From Schmidtea polychroa (taxonomy: Eukaryota): 64,000 nt of DNA. The translations under genes and the position numbers were made by a program. Where the stretch lies: NCBI GenBank assembly GCA_044892525.1, contig CM097886.1, forward strand, positions 21,204,001 through 21,268,000, written 5' to 3'. This document shows, one piece after another, positions 39,201-51,077 of this stretch. Position 1 is the stretch's first letter, and the number at the start of each line of letters is the position of its first letter. The notes beneath the pieces are model-generated. The model ran no database searches. It saw only the letters and a program-made list of their open reading frames with translations, and was not told where the DNA came from.

Positions 39201-40555
39201 TCTTGTCTATTAATTACATTTTTATGATAATTATTTGGTATATTTTGAATAATTTAAATTTTTACATATTTTTTTAATCAATTTTTACCTAGTTATTGAT
39301 GCCTTGAGTTCAATTAATTTTCCATCCAATTTTTCAAGTGATGAGTATTTGCTTTTAAAGATCAATTTGTTAGTACATAGTTGTTGGTTGTAAGTAGTTG
39401 GTTGACTTTTTAGATTTTGATAAGAAAATAGTCTATGTGATGAAGAATATTTTGTATTTAATTGCTATTATTTTTATATGTGGTTAGTTGATTGTTGGTA
39501 TTTGGTTTCTAATTGTAAGTACTTGCTAGCAGGTAACTGGTTGTTAGTAACTAGTTGTAGGTTGATATTTGTTAATTTCTTGACGGGTTTTGATGGTGGT
39601 TGTTAGTATGTGGTTGTAAGTGTTTAGTATTTAGTTGTTTGAGAGTTAGTTAGTACTTGGTAAATAGTTAATTGGTAGGTGGTGGTTGAGTGTTACCAAT
39701 ATTGCAAGTGATGAGTATTTGCTTTTAAAGATCAATTTGTTAGTACTTGATTGTAAAGACATGTTCGTAAGTTACTGGTTGATGATACTATGTTTTTGGT
39801 ATATTGTACTTGGTAGTTGATACAGTGTTGTTTACTGATTGTTGTTATATAGTTGTTGGTTGATAATGCTTAGTATCTGGTTGATGTTGTTTGTAAGTAC
39901 TTGGTATCTAGTTGATAGCTGGTTGTAAGTACTTGGTATCTAGTTGTTAGCTGGTTGTTTTTGGTTGTTAGTACATAGTTGGTTGTAGGTGGAGGGGTTG
40001 AGAGTTAGCAATACCCTTACGACTAGTACTCTTACGACTAATACCCTTACGACCTGTACCCTTAGGGGGTCAAAACATCCTGTCGGATAGACTAAGAGTA
40101 TATATAATAAAATGAATCAACAATAAGTATTTATTTAATGTCATTTTTACATTGCAATAATAAGTCATTAGTAATCAATTAAAAAAAGATTGTTTTGTAA
40201 ATTATAATTCTATAGTCTTCCATTGAAATTTAAATTATTTTGAATTCCACGTGGTGATGAGTTGTCAATTATTTATTTTTTGGGCTAAAATCAACATTTT
40301 TGTTAAATTTAGACATTTTGAAAAGGTTTTTCTACTGATTGTAATTAAACATATTTTTGAAGACAGATAAAAAATTAATTTAAAAAGCATTTCATAAAAT
40401 ACAATGAAGAATATTTAGTTGATTGTAAGTAGTTAGTTGTAAGTATGTGGTTGTTTGAGAGTTAGTTAGTACGTGGTATGATGTTGAAAGTATTTGGTAC
40501 TTATTTGTTAGCACCTAGTTAAAAATATTTAGTAACCGATTGTTGGTAACTGTTG

Positions 40556-40556
40556 A

Positions 40557-40621
<65 letters not shown>

Positions 40622-40636
40622 CATTATTATTATTAT
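40556..40636. repeat. (ATT)n microsatellite in the right arm
   Basis: Its mirror position in the left arm coincides with the N gap 30493-30642. Confidence 0.95.
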
Positions 40637-42959
40637 TCCATTTAAATTTTCATTTGACTTTGAAAACTATTTCATTAAAATTAACTTAAAAAATTTTACA
40701 TTTAAAATTAACCTAAAAAAACTTCCATTTAAATTTTCATTAAAAATTACATTTCTCAAAAAAGTTGGTGGTTATTCAATCTTTTGATAATAAATTTAAA
40801 AATCTTACTTTAATTTACTTATTTAGCTTTAATTTAAAATTTGAACCATTGGATACTTAATTTTAAATTTTGAACCTTAATTTACTTATTTAAAATTTTA
40901 AACTTTAATTTACCTAATTATTCTTTATTTCTTAATTTTACACCATAATTTACTAAACAACTAATTATAACCCTTATTTTCATATTTAACTAATAATTTC
41001 ATGTGGTTATTGATTAATTGACGAAGATTTGCATCTAAAATTAACATTGAAAATCCCTGAAAATTTTCATCTTAAATTGACTTTAACTTTAATATTTTAG
41101 ACCATTGATTACTTAATTTTAAAATTTGGACCTTAATTTACTTATTTTACCAATAATTTCATGTGGTCATCTGGTTATAAGTACTTGGTATCTAGTTGAC
41201 AATTCTTAGTACTAGGTATCTTGTACTTGGTATCTTGTACTTGGTTGTTAGTTGTTGGTTTGTTGTTGGTACTTGGTATCTAGTTGACAGGGCTTAGTAC
41301 TTGGTATCTGGTAGCTAGTTGTTAGCTGGTTGTTGGTTGTTAGTACTTGGTAGGTGATTGTAGGTACTTAGTAGTTGGTAATTAATGCTTAGTACCTGGT
41401 TGTTGTTGGTTGTAAGTAGTTGGTAGGTGGTAGCTAGTCGGTTGTTGGTTGTAGCTTGTTAATGGGTAGGTGGTTGTATGTACTTGGTATCTAGTTGTTA
41501 GTATCTAGTTGTAGGTATCTGGTTGATGTTGGTTGTAAGTAGTTGTAGGTATCTGGTTGTAAATACATGTTCCTAAGTTACTGGTTGTTGTCGGTTGTTA
41601 GTACTTGTATCTGGTACCTAGTTGGTTGCTTGTTTTTGGTTGTTAGTACTTGGTAGGTGGTTGTTAGCTGGTTGTTGGTACTTGGTATCTAGTTGACAGG
41701 GCTTAGTACTTGGTATCTGGTAGCTAGTTGTTAGCTGGTTGTTGGTTGTTAGTACTTGGTAGGTGATTGTAGGTACTTAGTAGTTGGTAATTAATGCTTA
41801 GTACCTGGTTGTTGTTGGTTGTAAGTAGTTGGTAGGTGGTAGCTAGTTGGTTGTAGGTTGTAGCTTGTTAATGGGTAGGTGGTTGTAGGTACTTAGTAGT
41901 TTGTAACTGGTTGTTAGTAACTAGTTGTAGGTACTTGGTATCAGGTAAGTGGTTGTTAGTAACTATTGGAAGTACTTGGTATCAGGTAACTGGTTGTTAG
42001 TAACTAGTTGTTAATACATGTTCGTAAGTTACTGGTTGTTGGTACTAAGTTGTTGCTTTGTTGTTGAATTATTATTAAAATTTGTCTTTGAAAAATATTT
42101 CATTAAAATTTCTATTAAAAATTACTTAAAAAATTAACTTAAAAAATTATTCCATAAAAATTTCCATTAAAAATTACCATTGAAAAATATTTCATAAAAA
42201 TTTTCATTAAAAAATTTCAATTCTCAAACACCTTCAACTTTTTGTTAATAAATTTTAAAATATTACTTTAATTTACTTTAATTTACTTATTTAAAAATTA
42301 TTACTTTAATTTACTTATTTAACTTTAATTTAAAATTTTTGACCATTGATTACTTAATTATAAAATTTGGACCATTATTTACTTTAATTTAATTTTTTAG
42401 AACCATAATTTACTGTAATTGAAATATTTGGACCATAATTTACTTTAATTGCAAAATCCGAGTCCATTAATTACTGTAATTCAAAAATTTGAACCTTAAT
42501 TAACTTTAATTGAAAAATTTGGACCATAATTTACTTTAATTGAAAAATCTTAGCCCATAATTTACTGTAATTCAATTTTTAGACCCATAATTTACTTTAA
42601 TTCAGAAATCTTAGCCCATAATTTACTGTAATTTAATTTTTTAGAACCATAATTTACTGATATTGAAAAATTTGGACCATAATTTACTTTAATTTTAAAT
42701 TTTGAACCTTAATTAACTTTAATTCAAAAATTTGGACCTTAATTAACTTATTTGAGCCCATTGATAACTTTAATTCAAAAATATGAGCCCATAGTTTACT
42801 TAAATTTAATTTTTAGAACCATAATTTACTGATATTGAAAAATTTGGACCATAATTTACTGTAATTCAAAAATTTGGACCATAATTTACTTTAATTTAAT
42901 TTTTTAGGACCACAATTTATTTTAATTGAAAAATTTACCACGCTTTTTTATTGAAGACC

Positions 42960-43730
42960 GCCTTTTTGTATTGAAAATCCCAGGACCATCGAGACCCCCT
43001 CACTATAGTCTGAAAATTCCATGCTTTTTTATTGAAGACCAGCTTTTTGTATTGAAAAAATTTTTTTTGTATTGAAAATCCCTGGATCAATCGAGACCCC
43101 CTCACTATAGTGTGAAAATTCCATGCTTTTTTATTGGTAGTCGGATTTTTGTATTGAAAAAAATTTTTTTGTATTGAAAATCCCAGGATCATCAAGATTC
43201 CCTCACTATAGTCTGAAAAATCCTTGGCTTTTTTAGTGTAGACCAGCTTTTTGTATTGAAAAAAAAATTTGTATTGAAAATCCCAGGACCATCGAGACCC
43301 CCTCACTAAAGTCTGAAAATTCCATGCTTTTTTATTGAAGACCAGCTTTTTGTATTGAAAAAATTTTTTTTGTATTGAAAATCCCTGGATCAATCGAGAC
43401 CCCCTCACTATAGTGTGAAAATTCCATGCTTTTTTATTGGTAGTCGGATTTTTGTATTGAAAAAAATTTTTTTATATTGAAAATCCCAGGATCATCAAGA
43501 TTCCCTCACTATAGTCTGAAAAATCCTTGGCTTTTTTAGTGTAGACCAGCTTTTTGTATTGAAAAAAAAATTTTGTATTGAAAATCCCAAGACCATCGAG
43601 ACCCCCTCGCTATAGTCTGAAAATTCTATGCTTTTTTAGTGGTAGTCGGATTTTTGTATTGAAAAAAAAAATTTGTATTGAAAATCCCAGGACCATCAAG
43701 ACCCCATCACTATAGTCTGATAAAAAAAAA
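42960..43730 (+). repeat. Eight ~101-bp subterminal units with a ~303-bp higher-order period
   Basis: CACTATAG-like cores at ~43001, 43103, 43204, 43304, 43406, 43507, 43608, 43708; units 2-4 resemble units 5-7. ORF 42935-43408 is spurious. Confidence 0.9.
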
Positions 43731-43834
43731 TTTGGACTAAAAATCCCTGAAAGCAAAAAAAAAATTACGGGAACAAAAAAAATACGGGAACAGGGGGGGG
43801 GGTAATTGTTCCTGTGGGCTACTAACTACCTACT

Positions 43835-44940
43835 AACATATTTTTGTGCCCATGAAATCGTCCACTCATTGCTGAAACTCCATCATAACCCTGTCCAATC
43901 ATGAATCACGCATAGTCTGCATTAAAACATTTGCAAGACCCTTACCAGTCACATCAGTAACAGGTACAAACTGTAAAAAATCTTCTCTGATGTTATTCGA
44001 ATCAGAATCTACATAACGAAAGCATAATGAAAATTGTTCAATACCAGCTATATCACTAGTTTCGTTTTATTTTAGCAACAATTGAACGAACAACTATTAT
44101 GTTGCATGCACTTATAATTTCGTTTTGAATTCTTGGACTCAAATAAGTTGCATTTTTTCCTGGGACCTCTAGATGATTTTTAAGTATTTCATCTCCACAA
44201 TGGACGTAAAAGTACTCGAAAATTTCCATCATTTTCCTCTGGATTATTGTTGGATTAGTGTTAAAGTGCCAGAGTCTCTATGTCCTCTTAAAGGCAAACC
44301 TTGACGACCGCAAAAAAGTATAGTCTCTATTATTGGAGTTAATCTACTCCGATTTTCTATTATTTGTTTTTTAGACCGGAGTCCAATGCCAACACTACAG
44401 GTTCCATTCTATGCTCGGAAATTGCTTTACGATTTTGTGCGTGAAGAACGGCTGTTTTATGGTACTCAGTTTCTTGATGTTTGTTGAAATTTTCTATAGC
44501 ATCTTTCCAGTTTGAGAAAGCAGTTTCGCAGAAAATAATACACAATACTTACAGAAAGCACCATCCAAAGGTTTTGAGTATACTAACCATTTCCACCTAC
44601 TAAACCAGCTGTATTGAAACTTTAAATTACGTTTTCCACTAACTGGGAATACAAATTTGTCGTCAGGATACCAAACGTTTTTCAACAAAAATAATCTTTT
44701 TTCATCGTCGTATTGGTTTTTTCCAATAAAATTACTAATATCATTAATAATTACATTTGAATCTGATCCTGATGGAGACTCAAATTCACATCCCCTTAAT
44801 GAAGCTGCAGCACTATCATTTTCACTAGGAACAGGAACAACCTGATCAGCTGTTCTTTCTAAATCACTTGTTTTAGATTTTTTAAAATAATTTGTTAAAA
44901 TAGAATTTTTTAATTTTCTTTTCTCGTTATTCATTTTCAT
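43835..44940 (-). pseudogene. hAT transposase, N-terminal half with TTF-type zinc finger
   Basis: FQYSWFSRWKWLVYSKPLDGAFCKYC, FSNWKDAIENFNKHQETEYH, CGRQGLPLRG, DETSDIAGIEQFSLCFRYV, GQGYDGVSAMSG; frameshifts present. Confidence 0.92.
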
Positions 44941-45325
44941 AAAATATTATTTAGAATTAACAAATTTTAAAATTAACATTAAACAGAAATTAGACTTTCT
45001 CAACAGAAAACAAATTTTAAAATGAATAGTAAGAACAAAAATTAGAGTTTCAAGTTCAAGCGAAAACAAAAAACAAAGTAAATTGAACAAAGCAACACTA
45101 CTCGTGTGAATTTTTTTTAAAAAATTNNNNNNNNNNNNNNNNNNNNNNNNNNNNNNNNNNNNNNNNNNNNNNNNNNNNNNNNNNNNNNNNNNNNNNNNNN
45201 NNNNNNNNNNNNNNNNNNNNNNNNNNNNNNNNNNNNNNNNNNNNNNNNNNNNNNNNNNNNNNNNNNNNNNNNNNNNNNNNNNNTAAGGTAACCCTCAGTA
45301 ACCCACCCCCCCCCTGCGTACGCGC

Positions 45326-45362
<37 letters not shown>

Positions 45363-45399
45363 AAGAACTAATAAAATTTTAAGAACAGACATATCCATT

Positions 45400-46600
45400 T
45401 TTCACCTTACAGCACTCACTGTGCTCACTAATATTGATCAATATCTTCAGTCTATAATGTTTTCGAACTAGAATACAAAGATGAAGGGAAGTCTCTCCAA
45501 TGTAGGTGGCATTACACCAATTACATGTAAATTGATAAACGAGATCAGAATCCAACCCGAATTTTAGGCTAATTATTAAACATATTGCGTACTTTACATG
45601 AATTTGACACAATCTTATAGTTTAATTTTACCAACTGCTTACCTATCTTTTTTTATAATCTGTACAACTTTCCGAGTACGGCAACATAAATATATGCTCA
45701 TCATCCTTGAACTCGTTATGTAACTCATCAAAGTCACCCACATCAACAGAATCACACCGAAATTTTCTCAAACATAGATCCTTAGGATTTTTAATAAATT
45801 TATCAACAATCTCGTTTACCAAAACGAATTAAAGGATTTTGAAAAACCATTCTTCATTAACTATACAACCAATTTATCAACACTTTTTACTGAATTTACA
45901 AAAGTAAAAGACCATGAACGATAAATCAATTCCTTCATCATATTTCTTTTATACTTGAATTCATAAAAACTTTAGGACGAAGTATAGAGACTAGTATCAA
46001 TTGGTTTTCAATAAAGCTCTGTCTCATAATGTTTTTCTTTGCGTTGTATTAACAAATCCAAGAAAGTAAGTGATGAATTTTTCTCCGTTTCATATGTAAA
46101 TACAATGTTTTTATGTAGACTATTCATATTATGCAAAAAGGCTCAACATTTCTGATTTTCAAAAATAAGAAAAATATCTTCTACATATCGTTTATAAATG
46201 GTAGGTTTCATAAATTGGAAAAATGAAATAGAAAATATGAGGTTCAGAGATGTTTTAATTCTATAACAAGCAACATAAATCAATAGTTGTAACCAATGGT
46301 ATATTAGTAAACAAGCTACAAGCATCAAATGAAACCATAATTTCATCCACACTTTGTCTATCATATTGTGCAATGCAGGAAACAAATTTAAAGCTATTTT
46401 TACACTCAAACTCTTATCTTATTAATGATTTTAATAATCAATCCTAAAATTTGGTTATTGGATAATTTTGGTTATGGATAAAACAGGTCTCTTAGACACA
46501 ATATTTATGGATTTTTGGAAGACCACACATCTTTGAGGGTTTAGACCCCATTGAGTAAATAAATTTAAACACATTTAATCATTTTAAAAAAAATCTATAA
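45400..46600 (-). pseudogene. Penelope-like retroelement remnant (RT plus GIY-YIG endonuclease)
   Basis: YKRYV(E/D)DIFLIF RT motif upstream of LVYQFTCNWCNATYIGETS GIY-YIG motif. Confidence 0.8.
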
Positions 46601-47559
46601 TTTCTATAGTTATTATATCCTACCTGATCATGACAGGAAAACTGTCGGAATATATCGTAAAACAAATGCTTGAGTAGCGCTTTCTAATAATTAAATCATT
46701 GNNNNNNNNNNNNNNNNNNNNNNNNNNNNNNNNNNNNNNNNNNNNNNNNNNNNNNNNNNNNNNNNNNNNNNNNNNNNNNNNNNNNNNNNNNNNNNNNNNN
46801 NNNNNNNNNNNNNNNNNNNNNNNNNNNNNNNNNNNNNNNNNNNNNNNNNNNNNNNNNNNNNNCTCTTGTTTAATGATTGCATCCACGTAGTATTTGAAAA
46901 GAAACGTCTCTGAATATTCAATAATCCTTTTGATGTCCTCATTATCGTTATATTTTGGATCATCTATATATCTTACAATCTTGCGTATCACATAAAAAAA
47001 TAAACACATATTCTCTATGGATATATTTTGATCGAAAACTTTAAATATTCCTTTTTCGAAACTATCAAAATCTTTACATTTGATGAAGTATTCAATTGTT
47101 TCGATCGGACATTCGATCTTAAATATCAGAAATAAAAGTTATGAGATAAAAGTTAGAAAAAACATTCATTAAAAAGTGATAATATTACTTGTATTCGTAT
47201 TTCTTGTCAAAGTGATTGTATTTATTTCCCCGACCAATATAAACAACTAAAATATATGCGATTGGATAAAATTATTCCAAATTCATCATAAGTAATATGT
47301 TAAGAAGGAAGTAGTTACAAATTTCGGGTTATGAAAAAGATTTTTTAATTTCCTCGGATAGTTTCATGTTTTCTTATCGAATTTTCAGGTTTTACAATTA
47401 TATGATTACAAACGCAACCCAAAGCAATATTTTCCAATAAATGCTATTTTGTATAAAATAACAGTAAACATGGAAAGCAGAATATAAAAATTTAATATGA
47501 AAAAAAGAAAGAAAAGCAAAAATATTTTTAAATGATCATTTCACAGTTTTGACACCTTT

Positions 47560-47612
47560 CGACTCGGCGCCCGGGCGGTCGCCCCATTCGCCACCCTCTA
47601 GCTACGGCCCCG
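47560..47612. mobile_element. Solo GC-rich hAT-type terminus
   Basis: ...GGCGCCCGGGCGGTCGCCCC...CTAGCTACGGCCCCG resembles the reverse complement of CAGGGCCGTAGCTAG-type ends; no partner found. Confidence 0.4.
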
Positions 47613-49044
47613 AAGTTTGGTGAATTAAATTGTTTAATCGGATTGGGTTAATATGGACATATAGATAAAATTCATTTTCATAATCATCGTCGCAAGACTA
47701 ATTGTTGAGATAGGCTACTATGAAATACAAAATATCAGGAAAAATCAGTCTAAATTTTAAAATGTAATGAAAGTACACTAATTTGAAGGAATAAAAACTT
47801 CTATTATATTAAAAAATATCAATAGAGTTATATTATCGAAACACACAAACTTATCTATGCGTAAAAATTTAATAATGCATGGAAAAGAAATTTTATATAG
47901 AAATTTAAAAGTAGTAGAAAAAATAGAACACACAAACACAACACATAGTAAAAATCCATGTTAACTTTCAATCCGTAGAAATAGGTCATGAAATAATAAA
48001 CTTTTAAAAATCATATTATTTGTGGAAAAAGTAACAAATTAAAATTAAGAATTCAATACCGAAGACAGTGCTGAATACAATTTAAAAACATGAGTTTCGA
48101 GAGAATAAAGAAACACAGCAATTGATGAATACGAATTACATTATAATCCTTTAACTTCGGCATTTAAAAATATTTTTTAATTCCTCAAACGCAAAAAAAT
48201 AACAGACTAAAAAATTGTAAACATAATAAAAAAATCATACTAAGAACCATACTCATACTTATCAACTACATGATTTTCTAGTTATGTGAGTGTATATGTT
48301 TGATCATAACGCAATTATATTTGCAATAGGTAGATGTGAGCTCTCGACGCCACCATTAGCTATCGCGTACTGATTAGCAACAGAGGGCCCTCCAACTTCA
48401 AGGTCAAATTTTATCTCGCTCATAGTGCGGGGTTTTGAGATTTTCAAAAAATTACTTGGGCAAAAACATAGAGGATGACGTCATATATATCTTTGCTGCT
48501 CACAACTTTTTCATATCTCTTCAAGATTTTTCTGACTAAAATTTTTAATTGTTGAAAGAAAAAACTTTGATTAGAAAAAGAATTTTTGAGATCTTTGCAA
48601 ATTTTCTTTTTTTCAAAATATGGAGAGTTACAAAAGCCCTACAACTTTATTGTTCACGACTTGTTCAAAATGTCATTGAAAGATTGTCAAAAATAACAAA
48701 AAACAATGGCACCCGGCTCCGGAACCTTATCATGCAAAAGTCTCAAAATATTTTTTGTAAAATGTTAAAGCTTTGCAAAAAGTAGATTTTTGTTGAAAGA
48801 AATCTTTTCGTAACCTGGATTTTCGTAATGTGGATTGATAAAATATGATATCTAAACAAAAGCCCGTTATTTTTAGCCAGTAATTTTAATATTAAAATAA
48901 AAACCACGAAACCTTATATACCAGAAATAATTTAAAAAAAAGAGGAAAATCTAAATAAAGTTACACAAATTTTATTAAATATATTCATTGGATATCGAAA
49001 TAAATTCATCTTTTTATTTATAGCTGAAATTGCAAAAGGTTTAA

Positions 49045-49286
49045 CCCTTTGAGGGTGACGGGCTCAAATTATTTTATTCCCCCCAAGGTGCAATTTTGCC
49101 ATAAAAAATGAATTTTTCCTAAATTGACTTATAATTAGAAATATGGCTATTTTGACAATTATTACAAGCTGTAGAATATATTGGTACAAACTAGAAGTTT
49201 TAGGCATTTAGTGGACTAGAGTCGAATTTCGCCCTCAAGACAAAAATAAAGTTGTGCGATTGTATCCGCACGGCGCCCTCAAAGGA
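49045..49286. mobile_element. piggyBac-type MITE (242 bp)
   Basis: TTAA both sides; TIRs CCCTTTGAGGGTG / CGCCCTCAAAGGA. Confidence 0.75.
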
Positions 49287-49302
49287 TTAAAAGAAATTAT
49301 GG

Positions 49303-49644
49303 TTAACATACCTCATACCCATTCTTTAAATATTGAATCATGTCATTAACACTTTTGATTGAATGCACTGAACTGCAACTGTCATTTTTAAATCTTTTTC
49401 TCGTTGATTCTGGAGTATCTTCATTGCCGTAAGCAGGAGGATTAACTTGAGGAAATGAATCAAACACTGGAGAGCCATCATTGAATGGTGATGGTGTAAA
49501 GGATAAGGGTGATGTGACACTGGTAGGTGAATTTCTTGGACAGCTCGTGGAATGTTTTCTTGCCAGACCGAATTCATTAGCACCACCATTCATTAGACAC
49601 TTCTTGAAAAATATGTGACTAATGAAATTGGAGAGAATTTGCAT
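49303..49644 (-). CDS. Probable host exon, Ser/Pro-rich, unknown product
   Basis: GC-elevated 113-codon ORF with protein-like composition; no family motif recognised. Confidence 0.4.
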   Translation of the reverse strand: MQILSNFISHIFFKKCLMNGGANEFGLARKHSTSCPRNSPTSVTSPLSFTPSPFNDGSPVFDSFPQVNPPAYGNEDTPESTRKRFKNDSCSSVHSIKSVNDMIQYLKNGYEVC

Positions 49645-50560
49645 CCGACGCTTGTAACAGTTACAGGATATCGTCTAAGATTTGTATTATAATTATAAAA
49701 TATCAGAATTATCATTTTCTTGTTTATGATATGAACGATTTCATTTATATTTTATTAAGAAATATTTTTATAACTTAACATGTTTCACAAAACTACTAAA
49801 AATGCAGAGACCGGTTTGACGCGAAACGAAGGGACATACAAACAACTGCTAACACTAACCGAGTTTTGTGTTAAAAGGATATTATAAAATAATAATACAT
49901 TGACAATTAAGTTTAAAAAAGACAATTTTTTTCTTTTGTTGTATATTTATTATTATTCCAGATTCAATGTATTTCCCTGGTGTATTAAGTGCTGAATGAC
50001 TTACAGTACCATTTTCGAGAGATTCAGGATAATATCTCACATTTTTAATCATTTCAAGTGTCTCTCAATTAATTCGTTAATTATATTTAATAAATATTAA
50101 TTATATCTATTAAAATTGGAGATAAGTGGGCAAAAAAATAGTAAATCTTGAAACCATATTATATAATTTTCAGAAAATATAATCCATACATGTTTATATA
50201 TATATAAACACGTAATCTAGTTTGCGTTATCCTATTTTTTACGATAGCCAAATTTACGTTAAATGAAAAGATACTCTATTTTTTGACTGATATTGTACTA
50301 GAAACCAAAAAATATGAGAATAATTCATCGATTTACCTCTATTTTTTCATCAAAATTATTATTTGTTGCAATTGTTGAATGATTGACGGCAGGAGGAATC
50401 TCATTATTTATACAGTTCATGAAATGATTTGTGACCTTGTTAAATGAACCTCTGAATTCGTCATTAATTTTTATAGAAGTCACGGTCGAATAAATAATGG
50501 ATTTTATCTTCTCTTTCTTTTTTCTTTCACATAAACACATTTCGTTCTAACAAAAGAATT

Positions 50561-50564
<4 letters not shown>

Positions 50565-50653
<89 letters not shown>

Positions 50654-50672
50654 GAAGTAATAATAATAATTG
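50565..50672. repeat. (AAT)n microsatellite next to an N gap
   Basis: Near-perfect run; the poly-Tyr ORF 50504-50938 is an artefact. Confidence 0.97.
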
Positions 50673-50831
50673 TNNNNNNNNNNNNNNNNNNNNNNNNNNN
50701 NNNNNNNNNNNNNNNNNNNNNNNNNNNNNNNNNNNNNNNNNNNNNNNNNNNNNNNNNNNNNNNNNNNNNNNNNNNNNNNNNNNNNNNNNNNNNNNNNNNN
50801 NNNNNNNNNNNNNNNNNNNNNNNNNNNNNNN

Positions 50832-51077
50832 GGGGTTTTTAACCTTTTCAAACTTATGGACCCCATAAATATATAATTGGTACCGACAGACCCCTTAAAT
50901 GTTAAAAAATTAATAAATTGATAGTAAAACACATGCATTTTTAAAAAATTATTTATAAATCTGTTTATTCAGCTTCAAACAAAAATAATAAAAGTTTTTT
51001 GTAAATAGTGCCGCGGACCACCTGGAACTTGTTCGCGGACCCCTGGGGGTCCATGGACCCCAGGTTAAGAACCAATG
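50832..51077. mobile_element. hAT (Buster-type) MITE
   Basis: Left end GGGGTTTTTAACCT at the gap edge, right end GGACCCCAGGTTAAGAACCAATG; GGACCCC subterminal motifs. Confidence 0.65.

Larger units (their letters stand above)
28435..43834. mobile_element. 15,400-bp non-coding palindromic element with Polinton/Maverick-type ends and 6-bp TSD AACATA
   Basis: Starts AGTAGGTAGTTAG, ends CTAACTACCTACT; AACATA at 28429-28434 and 43835-43840. Left arm 28435-~35120 is the reverse complement of right arm ~36235-43834 (e.g. mirrored ORFs 34383-34604 and 36661-36879). No recognisable gene. Confidence 0.88.
24587..45328 (-). mobile_element. Outer hAT element (TTF-zinc-finger/ZMYM-P52rIPK-type transposase) inserted in (TA)n and carrying two nested insertions
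   Basis: TIRs TAGACGCGTACGCAGG (24587) and CCTGCGTACGCGCATG (45328), TA runs on both sides. About 3.2 kb after removing the nested elements. Confidence 0.8.

Noticed and set aside
42935-43408. 157-aa ORF, and similar ORFs at 847-1281 and 28510-28791
   Set aside because: Translations of the 101-bp subrepeats; frame and strand differ between copies.
42990-43720. CCCTCACTATAG / CCCTCACTAAAG resembles T7/T3 phage promoter cores
   Set aside because: The upstream TAATACGA/AATTAA part is absent, the motif is an integral part of a native 101-bp repeat, and a 10-12 nt match is not significant. Not vector contamination.
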